Shown here: positions 28,710 through 39,072 of the stretch, piece after piece
Layout: the number at the start of each line of letters is the position of its first letter
Numbering within the stretch: the stretch's first letter is position 1
Assembly: GCA_049426345.1 (NCBI GenBank)
Contig: JBMSYD010000001.1
Span: forward strand, 1 to 44,258
Length of the DNA: 44,258 nucleotides
Source: Aquiluna sp.
GTDB lineage: Bacteria > Actinomycetota > Actinomycetes > Actinomycetales > Microbacteriaceae
Direction of reading: 5' to 3'
The notes under the pieces: model-generated
The model's database searches: none
Seen by the model: the letters and a program-made list of their open reading frames with translations, nothing else
Told to the model about the DNA's origin: nothing
Translations under genes and position numbers: made by a program

Positions 28710-29794
28710 TGGCTAAGAAACCTGTTAGCGACGAAACTCAGCTAAACCGCGAGATCTCTATTGAACAAAGAGAGACCGAAGGCCTATCGCTTGGCACCAT
28801 CGTTCGCAGACGATTCTTCCGACACAAAGCAGCAGTCGCTTCTCTAATTGTTCTATTTCTGATTGCTCTGCTGGCGTTTACTTCCGTTGGGGTAGTTGTG
28901 GGCGGATCCGGAAAGTTGGTTGTCAACCCAGAAACTAACCGACTGATTGTTGATGGACTTCGAATTGAGGGCTGGTGGAAATACAACTGGTATGAGAATT
29001 ATCCGGTTCTCAATACCGGTGGAACACCGACTCTTTCCCTTTGGCCATTCCAAATTGGTGAGCACCCATTTGGCCAGGACACCCTGGGTAAGGACATCTT
29101 TGCCAGAGTTATGCGCGGAATTCAGCAGTCGCTGCTCGTTATAGTGCTGGTCGGTTCAATTGCAACCATCATCGGTGTAATTGTCGGTTCGGTTTCTGGC
29201 TTCTTCCGCGGTCGCGTAGACAGCCTTCTAATGAGATTTACCGACGTAATCATCATTATCCCAACCCTGGTACTAGGCGCTGTTTTGGGAAGAACTTTCG
29301 GTGGTAATGCCGTATCACTTGGAGTGCTGCTGGGTCTAATCGCATGGACGGGCCTTGCTCGTTTGGTGAGAGCAGAATTCTTATCGCTTAGGGAGCGGGA
29401 ATTTGTTGATGCCGCCAGGGTTGCCGGGGCTAGCAATTCCAGAATTATCTTCCGCCACATCCTGCCCAATGCAATTGGTGTGATTGTTGTAAACGCAACC
29501 CTTTTGATGTCAGCTGCAATCTTGATTGAGACCTCACTGAGCTATCTAGGATTCGGAATTGTTGCCCCAGACATTTCACTGGGTCAAATCATTTCCGAAT
29601 ACAACGAGGCATTCAAGACCCGTCCTTGGCTGTTTTGGTATCCAGGTCTCTTCATCGTTTTGATTGCTCTTGCGATCAATTTCGTTGGAGACGGACTAAG
29701 AGATGCTTTCGATCCCCGTCAACGCCGTCTTCCAAGACAAGGTGGAGCATGGCAAGACTTCAAGAAGTTAGTTGCTGAGCGAGGTCAAAAATGA
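28709..29794 (+). CDS. Peptide ABC transporter permease (OppC/DppC-like)
   Basis: HPFGQDTLGKD, REFVDAARVAGAS, HILPN, GDGLRDAFDPR. Confidence 0.93.
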   Translation: MAKKPVSDETQLNREISIEQRETEGLSLGTIVRRRFFRHKAAVASLIVLFLIALLAFTSVGVVVGGSGKLVVNPETNRLIVDGLRIEGWWKYNWYENYPVLNTGGTPTLSLWPFQIGEHPFGQDTLGKDIFARVMRGIQQSLLVIVLVGSIATIIGVIVGSVSGFFRGRVDSLLMRFTDVIIIIPTLVLGAVLGRTFGGNAVSLGVLLGLIAWTGLARLVRAEFLSLREREFVDAARVAGASNSRIIFRHILPNAIGVIVVNATLLMSAAILIETSLSYLGFGIVAPDISLGQIISEYNEAFKTRPWLFWYPGLFIVLIALAINFVGDGLRDAFDPRQRRLPRQGGAWQDFKKLVAERGQK

Positions 29795-29805
29795 TTTTGA
29801 TTCGC

Positions 29806-30372
29806 TCAAAAGAGCAATACCGAAACTGCAGCTGTCAGCAAGAGCCAAAAGACAATGCTTTTAGCGTTGAAAGACTTTCTGACCTCACCGACAACCAAGC
29901 CACCCTGCTCGAGTCTTCGTCTGATTTCGTAGGCAACCGCTCCGGAGTCAGAGGTGACCAAGTCGCCGGGCCGAACGGTGCCAGCGACGTAGCTAGTTTC
30001 CGGGAGGTAACTTCCGTCATCGCGCGAGGCAGTGAAAGTGGTGTGTCTGCCTGGGGCAACAGCGGAGAAAGAGACGAAGCGTCCCTCCGCGGTAGTGATC
30101 TCCAGAGCCCACTTGGTGTCGATTCTTTGAATATTTCCAAGCGGGATTTCGATTCGTCGCAGGACGTTGTTCATGACAACGCTGCTCGTGGTGATTTCAA
30201 CCGATGGGCGCCACAGCAGCAAGTAGCAGGAGTAGAACAGCCAAGCCGAGACAAGACTGCTTTCGAGCAGTCCGCTACTTCCGAATTCAATCCAGCTCAT
30301 GACCAAAGCGAGAGCCAGGATGGCACCAAAAATGATGGTGAGATATTTTCCAAAGCGCGAGCGGTATTTCAT
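29806..30372 (-). CDS. Membrane protein with probable bacterial PH domain (bPH_6-like)
   Basis: Two N-terminal TM helices, WRPSVEITTSSVVMNNVLRRIEIPLGNI beta-rich segment, C-terminal TM helix; TAGAGT upstream. Confidence 0.72.
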   Translation of the reverse strand: MKYRSRFGKYLTIIFGAILALALVMSWIEFGSSGLLESSLVSAWLFYSCYLLLWRPSVEITTSSVVMNNVLRRIEIPLGNIQRIDTKWALEITTAEGRFVSFSAVAPGRHTTFTASRDDGSYLPETSYVAGTVRPGDLVTSDSGAVAYEIRRRLEQGGLVVGEVRKSFNAKSIVFWLLLTAAVSVLLF

Positions 30373-30399
30373 ACAACTATGACTCTAGGGGGCAACTAG

Positions 30400-32046
30400 A
30401 TGAATGCTCCAATCATTGAAACCAGCAACCTAGGTGTCGAATTCTGGGTCGACGGGCAGTGGGTGATGGCCGCTACCAACATCAACTTCACGGTCTCGCC
30501 AGGTGAAGTTTTGGCGGTTGTCGGTGAATCAGGTTCCGGTAAGAGCACCAGTGCAATGTCGCTGCTGGGCCTTTTGCCAGTAAACGGAAGAGCCAGCGGA
30601 TCGGTCAAGCTGGCGGGGGAAGAGCTGATTGGAGCTGAGAAGAAGCGTCTTCGTCAGATTCGCGGTGAGGAAATTGCGGTTATCTTCCAGGAGCCGATGA
30701 CAGCTCTCAACCCCGTTTACACAATCGGCTTCCAGATCTCAGAAGCGCTAAAGGTTCACTATCCAAAGATGACCAAGCAGCAGGCTAAAGAGCGAGCAAT
30801 CGAGCTTTTGACAATGGTCGAGCTACCAGATCCTGAAAAAGCTTTTAATTCATATCCACACCAGCTCTCAGGTGGTCAGCGTCAAAGAGCAATGATTGCC
30901 CAAAGCCTCAGTTGTGATCCAAAGCTTTTGATTGCCGATGAGCCAACCACAGCGCTGGATGTAACAGTTCAAGCTGAGATTTTGGATTTGCTCAGATCTC
31001 TGAATCAAAAACTGCAGTCCGGTGTGATCTTGATTACCCATGACATGGGGGTGGTGGCCGACCTAGCGGACCGAATCCTTGTGATGAAAGACGGACAAAT
31101 GGTTGAGCAGGGGACCGCTGACCAAATCTTCAACCGCCCCCAGCACCCATACACCCAGACTCTTCTCGCATCAGTTCCAAAGCTCGGAAGAAGCGCGAGA
31201 AGATTCTTCGAAGTACCCTCGGGTGCGAAGCCAGTTCTGGCTATGAAAGATGTCTCAATCGTTTACCCAAAGCGTGGCAAGGTAGCCGCTTTCACTGCAG
31301 CGAAAAACATAAGTTTTGAAATTTATCCAGGTGAAATTCTTGGATTAGTGGGAGAGTCTGGCTCCGGAAAGACAACAGTTGGAAGAGCTGCCATTGGACT
31401 TCTTCCAGTTTCCGAGGGAAGCATCAAGCTCATTGGCGAGGAGATTGCCGGGGCGACTCAGAAGCAACTTCGGGGACTAAGACAGCGAACCGGAGTGGTC
31501 TTCCAAGATCCAGGAAGCTCGCTAAACCCTCGCTTGCCAATCGGTGAAAGCATTGGCGAGCCACTGCTTCTTGCCAAAAAAGCAGAGGGCAGTGAACTGA
31601 ATCAAATTGTCGAAGACCTACTGGACTCTGTTGAGCTTCCACGAAACTATCGAAACCGCTATCCCCATGAGCTTTCTGGTGGACAGCGACAGCGCGTCGG
31701 TATTGCCAGAGCTATTTCACTAAACCCAGATCTTCTCATCGCTGATGAGCCAACAAGTGCCTTGGACGTTTCTGTGCAGGCTCGCTTTTTGGACCTGCTG
31801 CTAGAGCTGCAAGACAAACTAAAGTTTGCCTGTCTATTTATCAGCCACGACCTAGCCGTGGTTGATACCCTGGCCCACCGAATCGCTGTAATGCAGCACG
31901 GTGAGCTGGTTGAAATTGGTGACCGCGATCAGATTTTGAATAATCCTCAAAAGGACTACACCAGGAAGTTAATTTCAGCTGTTCCAGTTCCAGACCCGGC
32001 AGAGCAGCGCCAGCGCCGCGAGGCTAGGGCAAAATCCAACTTCTAG
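30400..32046 (+). CDS. Peptide ABC transporter ATP-binding protein (fused OppD/OppF)
   Basis: Two sets of GESGSGK, LSGGQRQR and ADEPT motifs. Confidence 0.95.
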   Translation: MNAPIIETSNLGVEFWVDGQWVMAATNINFTVSPGEVLAVVGESGSGKSTSAMSLLGLLPVNGRASGSVKLAGEELIGAEKKRLRQIRGEEIAVIFQEPMTALNPVYTIGFQISEALKVHYPKMTKQQAKERAIELLTMVELPDPEKAFNSYPHQLSGGQRQRAMIAQSLSCDPKLLIADEPTTALDVTVQAEILDLLRSLNQKLQSGVILITHDMGVVADLADRILVMKDGQMVEQGTADQIFNRPQHPYTQTLLASVPKLGRSARRFFEVPSGAKPVLAMKDVSIVYPKRGKVAAFTAAKNISFEIYPGEILGLVGESGSGKTTVGRAAIGLLPVSEGSIKLIGEEIAGATQKQLRGLRQRTGVVFQDPGSSLNPRLPIGESIGEPLLLAKKAEGSELNQIVEDLLDSVELPRNYRNRYPHELSGGQRQRVGIARAISLNPDLLIADEPTSALDVSVQARFLDLLLELQDKLKFACLFISHDLAVVDTLAHRIAVMQHGELVEIGDRDQILNNPQKDYTRKLISAVPVPDPAEQRQRREARAKSNF

Positions 32047-32094
32047 TGCTTTAGAATTATTGAAAATGCTCTTGACGAAGGCTGGTAAGACAAA

Positions 32095-32415
32095 GTGACC
32101 TACATCATTGCCCTTCCCTGCGTCGATGTTAAAGACAAGGCTTGCATCGATGAGTGTCCGGTTGACTGCATTTATGAGGGCGACCGCATGCTCTATATCC
32201 ACCCAGACGAGTGCGTGGATTGCGGGGCTTGCGAGCCAGTATGTCCGGTCGAGGCCATCTACTACGAGGACGATGTCCCGGAGCAGTGGAAAGAGTACTA
32301 CTCGGTAAACGTTGATTTCTTCAAGGAAATTGGTTCTCCGGGCGGCGCTGCCAAGGTGGGTCCGATTGCGGGCGATCACCCACTGGTAGAGGCCCTGCCG
32401 CCGCAGGCTAGCTAG
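32095..32415 (+). CDS. fdxA: 7Fe ferredoxin
   Basis: CVDVKDKACIDECP and CVDCGACEPVCP; GTG start. Confidence 0.93.
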   Translation: MTYIIALPCVDVKDKACIDECPVDCIYEGDRMLYIHPDECVDCGACEPVCPVEAIYYEDDVPEQWKEYYSVNVDFFKEIGSPGGAAKVGPIAGDHPLVEALPPQAS

Positions 32416-32502
32416 CCACTGGCGTTTTAGGGCTGATTGCTCTATTCTTGCTCTTCGGTCCAAGGCCTTCGGCCAAAACCCAACCAAAACTAAGGATTTC
32501 TG

Positions 32503-32706
32503 ATGCCAGTACCAAAGCGACGTAAATCGCGTGCCAACATTCACGCACGCCGTTCACAGTGGAAGACAGAGCCAGTTGCCCTAGTTAAGAGCGTTGAGGG
32601 TGGCCGCACCGTTTACTCCCTTCCACACCGTGCAAAGGTTGTTACCGATTCAGTCGGTACCGAGCTTTACATGGAATACAAGGGCCGCAAGGTAGCGGAC
32701 GTCTAA
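32503..32706 (+). CDS. rpmF: 50S ribosomal protein L32 (Cys-free form)
   Basis: [18 protein letters not shown]...PHR...YKGRKV; upstream of rnc. Confidence 0.93.
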   Translation: MPVPKRRKSRANIHARRSQWKTEPVALVKSVEGGRTVYSLPHRAKVVTDSVGTELYMEYKGRKVADV

Positions 32707-32711
32707 CAAAG

Positions 32712-33383
32712 ATGGTTTCAAACGAGCTGCTAGAGCGGCTCGGAGTTGAAATAAAGCCCGAGCTAGTTGAGCTTGCGCTCACTCATTCTTCTTACGCGTA
32801 CGAAAATCAAACCCAGAGCAACGAGCGACTGGAGTTTTTGGGCGATTCAGTCCTAGGTTACGTTGTTGCCAGTCACGTATTTCAAAAACATCCAGATCTT
32901 TCTGAGGGCGATCTAACGCGCCTAAAAAATTCAATTGTTTCTGCCAATGCGCTAGCTGCGGCGGCCAATCACCTAGACCTTGGAAAACATCTTCTGCTTG
33001 GAAAAGGCGAGTTAGCGACCGGAGGCAGGCAGCGTCTAAACATTCTCGCTGATGCCATGGAGGCAATCATTGGTGCTGCGTATCTAACTTCGGGAATTGA
33101 GGCTGCTGCCAAACTCATCGAACACACGGTCATTCCGCTTCTGGATGACCCAATTTCTCTTCGAGAGCTCGCAGATCCAAAAACTACTCTGATAGAAAAA
33201 CTCAAAGAAGATAAGTCCAAGCTCGAGTACGAGATTTCATTCGAGGGCCCTGAACACAATCGCACCTATTTTGCTAAGTGCAAACTAGCTGGTGAGGTTA
33301 TCGGCGAGGGCGAAGGCTCAACCATTCGTTCCGCTGAAACTAGCGCAGCCCTGGCTGCTCTGAGAACTATCGCAAACCGATAA
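32712..33383 (+). CDS. rnc: Ribonuclease III
   Basis: ALTHSSY, NERLEFLGDSVL, ADAMEAIIGA; dsRBD DPKT...GPEH. Confidence 0.96.
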   Translation: MVSNELLERLGVEIKPELVELALTHSSYAYENQTQSNERLEFLGDSVLGYVVASHVFQKHPDLSEGDLTRLKNSIVSANALAAAANHLDLGKHLLLGKGELATGGRQRLNILADAMEAIIGAAYLTSGIEAAAKLIEHTVIPLLDDPISLRELADPKTTLIEKLKEDKSKLEYEISFEGPEHNRTYFAKCKLAGEVIGEGEGSTIRSAETSAALAALRTIANR

Positions 33384-34282
33384 TGCCCGAACTACCAGAA
33401 GTCGAGACTGTAAGAGCTGGACTGGCTAGCTCAATCCTTGGCTACTCAATTTCAAATGTTGAGGTTTTGGATTCTCGCTCACTAAAGAAAAACGCAGGCG
33501 GGCCAAAGGGTTTTATCAAGGAAGCCACTGGGGCTAAATTGCAAGCTGTTGTTCGCAGAGGAAAGTTCTTCTGGTTCCCAATTTCCTCCGAGCGGGCACT
33601 GGTTGGTCACCTCGGTATGAGTGGTCAGATTCTGGTGAGAAAACCGGCGGAGCCGGAGGACAAGTGCACCAGAGTCGTACTGGAAGTAAGAAAAGGCAAG
33701 AGTCACAGGGAAGTTCGGTTCATCGACCAGCGCCTCTTTGGCGGCCTTTACTTTGATGATCTTGTTCCAACAGCAGATGACAAGCCCGCGGGCTTTTCTC
33801 CAGAGGGCGGGGCTGCTCCTCTAATACCCAGCACCGCCAGCCATATCGCTCGGGATTTACTCGACCCTTACTTTGATCCGAATCTAGTCGCTGAGAAAAT
33901 CCTTCTGAGAAAAACTGGCATCAAAAATGTCTTGCTAGATCAGAACCTCCTGAGCGGAATTGGCAACATCTATGCGGATGAAGCACTCTGGGTAGCCAAG
34001 CTCCACTACAACACCCCTGCCGAAAGCCTGTCGAAAAAGAAACTGCTAGAGCTAATAGAGATTGCCGCCGATGTTCTAAGAAGGGCAGTGGCGCAAGGAG
34101 GAACATCCTTTGACGAGCAATACAAGAACGTCAACGGGGAAAGCGGCTATTTCGCGGTTTCACTCAATGCCTATGGTCAAACCGATGAGCCTTGCCCTCG
34201 CTGCGGAACGCCTATTAGAAGGGATGCCTGGGCTAATCGGGGCAGTCACTTCTGCCCCCGATGCCAAAAACTAAAGACCTAG
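33383..34282 (+). CDS. mutM: Formamidopyrimidine-DNA glycosylase
   Basis: MPELPEVE, RRGK, HLGMSG, GIGNIYADE, CPRC...CPRCQ zinc finger. Confidence 0.96.
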   Translation: MPELPEVETVRAGLASSILGYSISNVEVLDSRSLKKNAGGPKGFIKEATGAKLQAVVRRGKFFWFPISSERALVGHLGMSGQILVRKPAEPEDKCTRVVLEVRKGKSHREVRFIDQRLFGGLYFDDLVPTADDKPAGFSPEGGAAPLIPSTASHIARDLLDPYFDPNLVAEKILLRKTGIKNVLLDQNLLSGIGNIYADEALWVAKLHYNTPAESLSKKKLLELIEIAADVLRRAVAQGGTSFDEQYKNVNGESGYFAVSLNAYGQTDEPCPRCGTPIRRDAWANRGSHFCPRCQKLKT

Positions 34283-34596
34283 CGTTTTAGCTTTGGCCAC
34301 ATTGTTATGAGAATTGCTAGACCCACAGAACCGTAGGACCAGATAGTTCCAATTTCATTGGCGGGAATCATTTTGTCACCGGTGAAATCCTGAGCCGCTA
34401 GAAAAACAATTACCCCGAAGGTGATCAAAAAGCCAAGACGCTTTGGCCAGGTTGCTCTCGCCTCAATTGCCAGTAGCGCAACTCCAGCGAGTGAAAGAAT
34501 TAAGCCAAGGGGTAGTCCAGCTAAATCGGATTGATGAAAGATCGTGCCAAACACAGCGGACACCACCGCTAAGCCAATCCCAATAAAAAATGCCAT
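34279..34596 (-). CDS. Small 4-TM hypothetical membrane protein (possibly DUF6113-like)
   Basis: Hydrophobic 105-aa ORF filling the mutM-smc gap, TAGATT upstream; family assignment is from memory only. Confidence 0.65.
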   Translation of the reverse strand: MAFFIGIGLAVVSAVFGTIFHQSDLAGLPLGLILSLAGVALLAIEARATWPKRLGFLITFGVIVFLAAQDFTGDKMIPANEIGTIWSYGSVGLAILITMWPKLKR

Positions 34597-34719
34597 TAAA
34601 GCTTCAATCTACACTTGAGACTGTTGTTCTTGCGAACTCAGTTTGGCAACACCGAATGGTCAATCGGTGGAGGTAGCCTTGGGTAGGCTCTGGAGTCGAG
34701 AAAGCGGGGTGAGCAGGCG

Positions 34720-37700
34720 TTGTACCTAAAAAGCATCACCCTGAAGGGATTTAAGTCCTTCGCTCAGCCCACCACACTGCAACTGGAACCCGGCATCACA
34801 TGCGTGGTTGGTCCGAACGGTTCCGGAAAATCAAACGTCGTCGATGGCTTGGCCTGGGTAATGGGCGAGCAGGGTCCAAAGACCTTGCGCGGCGGAAAAA
34901 TGGAAGACGTCATCTTCGCCGGTAGCGCCAACAAGGCGCCTTTGGGCCGCGCAGAGGTAGAGCTGGTAATTGACAACACTGATGGTCACTTGCCCATTGA
35001 GTATTCCGAGGTAAAGATTTCGCGCGTTTTGTTTCGAAATGGAGCAAGTGAGTACGCGATCAATGGCGAGGTTTGCCGACTACTAGACATTCAGGAGCTC
35101 CTCAGCGACACCGGTCTGGGTCGAGAGATGCATGTCATCGTTGGTCAGGGTCAGTTAGACACCGTCTTGCGAGCAACACCATCGGAGCGACGTGCCTTCA
35201 TCGAAGAGGCAGCTGGAATTCTCAAGTATCGAAGAAGAAAAGAGAAAACTGAGCGCAAACTCGATGCGATGCAGGTCAACCTCACTCGTTTGCAAGACCT
35301 GGTTTCAGAGGTGAGAAGAAATCTCAAGCCGCTGGGACGACAGGCTGAGGTTGCCAAGCAGGCCAAGGAAATTGCGGCTAGTGCTCGCGAACTAAAGGGG
35401 AAACTGATTGCGACTCAGTTGCGTGCACTGCGTGCTCAACTTGACTCCGTCAGTAAAGACGAGGGCGATCGGAAGGCTCAAACCTCCTATGCTCAGCAGC
35501 AGCTTGAGAGTGCTCGAACTGGAATTCGTGAGATAGAAAACTCCTTTGATTCAGGAGAGTTGGATTCCGCTCGCAGCAATCTTTATGCAATTGAAGCCTT
35601 GGAAACACGAATTCGCAACCTCACGAATCTGGCAAGTCAAAAGAAAAATCTTCTCGTTGGTGATGCGACGACCACCAACAAGAATGAGGTTGAAGAGCTC
35701 CGCACTCAACAGAGCACGCTCGAGCAAGAAATAGTTCAAATCGACAATCAACTTCAACAGGTCGCTGCTGAACTCTCTAAAGCCGAGCAGGAAAGAGAGC
35801 GATTCGCACTCGAACTTGCCCGCCACGAAGCTGAACTAGACAGAGCAAGAGAAAAAGCAGAGAACAGAAGAACAGAAAAAGGACAGCTTGCGGCTCAGAT
35901 AGAGAACATCCAGGGCAGACTGCAGGAAAATTTGGCGGCCGAGAATACCCTTCGCGCCAGCATCAGTGAATCACGACTTAAGCTTTCAAATCTGGAACAA
36001 GAGCGGCAGGTGCTCGACCCAACTGGGCAAGCAGTGTCTGACGATGCTTTGCGAAGGGCTTATGAGAATGCTCAGGCAGCAGAGCGCGAAGCCAGAAGAA
36101 AATTGGATGCCGCTCGCGAAGAGCTTCACCGCGCCGAGCGTGAAAGAGATTCTCTAGCGGCGCGTCACGCAGCATTGGGGCTTCTCTTGGAGCAAGAAGA
36201 CGGCGCTAAGAATGTGCGCAAGGCAAATCTAAATGGCGTTGGTGAACTACTGGCAGATGCAATTTCAATAGATGCGGGTTACGAGACGGCAATCGCTGTG
36301 GCGCTTGGAACAATTGCCGACTCTGTCTTGGTGGAGAGTAAAGAACAAGCCTTGGCTGCGCTGCGCTATCTAAAGCGTGAGAATCTAGGTCGTGCTGAGT
36401 TTGTAATCTTTGACGGCGCAAAATCCAGAAGACGTGTTTCAACGGGAGAACTTCCCAGGGCTTCTGAATTGGTTGAAGCACCAGAGGGTGTTCTAGACAT
36501 CTTGGATGGCTTCTTAATTGCAGACTCTTTAGAGCAGGCCGAATCTGTTCGATCTGATCGCCCTGTCATCACAAAAGACGGTGACTACATTTCACGCTCT
36601 CTCATCAGGGGCGGCAGCAACAAGCAGCCCTCAAAGCTTGAACTAGCCGCTGAGCGCGACCGCGCTTCTGGTGAGCTCCAGGAGTTTGCAAGGGTTATTG
36701 ACCAACTAAGTTCTCGCCTAGAAGACGCCAAATTGCAGCTAACCGCTGCGACCAAACACAGTGAGCAGTCGCTGGCTGATCTGCAGAAGCACGATTCTGA
36801 GCTTGCAAAGAAGGCCGAGAGCGTTGGAAGAGTAATTGCCCAACTTGACTCAACTGGGGCTGAAATTGCTCGCTTGCAGACCGAGCTGGCTGAGATCGAA
36901 CAATCCAACCAAGAGCTGACTGCTAAGAAATCTAGCCTTGAAACTCAGATTGCAAACTTCACCGAAGCCAGTGATGTGGACCTGACGGCCAGAGATTCGG
37001 CACTGGCGGCCCTGGACGGATCGCGCACGCGGGAGCTGGATGTCCGAGTTCGACTGAGTGCGCTGCAGGAAAGAAAGAGCGGTGTTGGTCGTGAGCAGGG
37101 ACTAATTTCGCAGCGACTAGCAGAGGCGATTGCCGCAGATTCTGCGAGAGCAGAGCTACTGAATCAGCGAAAGCAGGAAGTTCTAAACGCAGAGAGCATT
37201 TTGGCCCTCTCACCAAAGCTTCTGGCAAAAATCGAACAGATGATTCTTTCGGCTCGCACCAAAGTACGCGAACTGGACGCAGAGCGTGGTCAGAAGATGC
37301 AGAGATTGCAGCAGCTTCGTCAGCAGGCCCAGCAGCTAGAGAGCCAACTCAGCTCAATGACGCAAGGTGTTCAAGAAGTTGAAATGCGCGCCTATGAGCT
37401 ACGACTCCAGCTTCAAAGCCTGGGGGAGAGAAGCCAAGAGGAGCTCAGCTTTAGCCCGAGTGACCTGCTCAACGAATATCAGGAGATTCCAGAGTCGCAG
37501 TCTGAACTTGAGACAGCGCTTAAGCAAGCAGAGCGCAAACTCAATCAACTTGGAGCTTTCAACCCGCTGGCGCTTGAGGAGTTTTCAGCGCTTGAAGAGC
37601 GCCACAAATATCTAAGCGAACAACTTGAGGATCTGACTTCTGCTCGTAGCGACTTGCGAGGAATCATCGCTGATCTAGATCAGAAGATGGAAATCACTTT

Positions 37701-38148
37701 TGAAGAGGCATTTGCTGACACCAAGAAGGCATTCCAAGAGGTTTTCCCAATTCTGTTCCCGGGTGGCGCCGGATCGCTTTCGCTTATCGATGACCCATCC
37801 GGTGAGACTGGTGTGGAGGTATCGGTTAAGCCTGCTGGTAAGAAGATTGAGCGTATGTCTCTTCTTTCGGGTGGAGAAAGATCTTTGGCTGCAGTCGCAC
37901 TACTCGTTGCAATCTTCAAGGCAAGACCCTCTCCCTTCTATGTGCTAGATGAGGTTGAGGCTGCTTTGGATGATGCAAACCTTGGTCGATTGCTATCTGT
38001 CATTGAAACTTTGCGCGAGTCATCTCAGCTGATCATTGTTACCCACCAAAAGCGCACCATGGAAATTGCAGATGCTCTCTACGGTGTAAGCATGCGTCAA
38101 GACGGCATTACCCAGGTGGTTGGGCAGAAGCTCGATAAGGCCAGCTAG
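34720..38148 (+). CDS. smc: Chromosome segregation protein SMC
   Basis: GFKSF, GPNGSGKSN, coiled coils, hinge, LSGGE, VLDEVEAALD; TTG start. Confidence 0.96.
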   Translation: MYLKSITLKGFKSFAQPTTLQLEPGITCVVGPNGSGKSNVVDGLAWVMGEQGPKTLRGGKMEDVIFAGSANKAPLGRAEVELVIDNTDGHLPIEYSEVKISRVLFRNGASEYAINGEVCRLLDIQELLSDTGLGREMHVIVGQGQLDTVLRATPSERRAFIEEAAGILKYRRRKEKTERKLDAMQVNLTRLQDLVSEVRRNLKPLGRQAEVAKQAKEIAASARELKGKLIATQLRALRAQLDSVSKDEGDRKAQTSYAQQQLESARTGIREIENSFDSGELDSARSNLYAIEALETRIRNLTNLASQKKNLLVGDATTTNKNEVEELRTQQSTLEQEIVQIDNQLQQVAAELSKAEQERERFALELARHEAELDRAREKAENRRTEKGQLAAQIENIQGRLQENLAAENTLRASISESRLKLSNLEQERQVLDPTGQAVSDDALRRAYENAQAAEREARRKLDAAREELHRAERERDSLAARHAALGLLLEQEDGAKNVRKANLNGVGELLADAISIDAGYETAIAVALGTIADSVLVESKEQALAALRYLKRENLGRAEFVIFDGAKSRRRVSTGELPRASELVEAPEGVLDILDGFLIADSLEQAESVRSDRPVITKDGDYISRSLIRGGSNKQPSKLELAAERDRASGELQEFARVIDQLSSRLEDAKLQLTAATKHSEQSLADLQKHDSELAKKAESVGRVIAQLDSTGAEIARLQTELAEIEQSNQELTAKKSSLETQIANFTEASDVDLTARDSALAALDGSRTRELDVRVRLSALQERKSGVGREQGLISQRLAEAIAADSARAELLNQRKQEVLNAESILALSPKLLAKIEQMILSARTKVRELDAERGQKMQRLQQLRQQAQQLESQLSSMTQGVQEVEMRAYELRLQLQSLGERSQEELSFSPSDLLNEYQEIPESQSELETALKQAERKLNQLGAFNPLALEEFSALEERHKYLSEQLEDLTSARSDLRGIIADLDQKMEITFEEAFADTKKAFQEVFPILFPGGAGSLSLIDDPSGETGVEVSVKPAGKKIERMSLLSGGERSLAAVALLVAIFKARPSPFYVLDEVEAALDDANLGRLLSVIETLRESSQLIIVTHQKRTMEIADALYGVSMRQDGITQVVGQKLDKAS

Positions 38149-39065
38149 TGTTTTCGTTTCTGCGAAGAAGCAAAGAAGGCACTAAAACTCAGCAGGCAGA
38201 ACTTCCAGCGCGCTCGATCACCTCTGCGATTCGTTCTTTGTTTCCTGGGGGAATCGACCTTACGGAAATTGAAGATGTTCTGATTCGAGCGGACTTTGGT
38301 GTTGAATCCTCGGAAGAAATCACAGCGGAGCTAACTAAGAAGCTCAAGGTGCTTGGCAGTCCCAGTGAGGCGGAGATTCGCGTTGCCTTGCGGGATTTGC
38401 TTGAAGCGAAGCTAACTCGAACCGATTCGCAGCTTAAGCTCTCCGGCGAGAGCTTCCCCTACGTTTTCTTAGTGGTCGGTGTAAACGGAGCTGGCAAAAC
38501 CACCACCATCGGAAAGCTTGCCAAATGGTTCAAGGATGGTGACTGGCAGGTTGTGATTGGTGCTGCCGATACTTTTCGTGCAGCGGCCGTGGATCAACTT
38601 GCAACTTGGGCCCAAAGGGCAGGCGTAGAAATAGTTCGGCCGCAGGTGCCCGGTCAGGACCCGGCCGCAGTTGCGTATCAGACTGTCGAGAAGGCCATTA
38701 CCAGTGAAGCTGACATTGCCATTATTGATACGGCTGGCAGACTGCAGAACAAGCAAGATTTGATGGATGAGCTGAGCAAAATTACGCGAGCGATTCAAAA
38801 ACAGCGACCAGTGACCGAGGTGCTTTTGGTTTTGGACGCCACGATGGGGCAAAATGCCCTGGCTCAAGCAAAAGCCTTTGCGGAGGCTGCAGACGTCACC
38901 GGCATTGTGCTTACGAAATTGGATGGAACAGCCAAGGGCGGGATTGCCTTCGCTATTCAGCAGCAGCTTCAGATTCCGATTAAGCTCGTCGGTGTTGGTG
39001 AGGGAGCAGATGATTTTGCCTTCTTTTCACCTAGAGACTTTGCAACTGGACTTGTAGCCAACTAG
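38148..39065 (+). CDS. ftsY: Signal recognition particle receptor FtsY
   Basis: GVNGAGKTTT, DTFRAAA, DTAGR, TKLDGTAKGG. Confidence 0.96.
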   Translation: MFSFLRRSKEGTKTQQAELPARSITSAIRSLFPGGIDLTEIEDVLIRADFGVESSEEITAELTKKLKVLGSPSEAEIRVALRDLLEAKLTRTDSQLKLSGESFPYVFLVVGVNGAGKTTTIGKLAKWFKDGDWQVVIGAADTFRAAAVDQLATWAQRAGVEIVRPQVPGQDPAAVAYQTVEKAITSEADIAIIDTAGRLQNKQDLMDELSKITRAIQKQRPVTEVLLVLDATMGQNALAQAKAFAEAADVTGIVLTKLDGTAKGGIAFAIQQQLQIPIKLVGVGEGADDFAFFSPRDFATGLVAN

Positions 39066-39072
39066 GAGGGGC

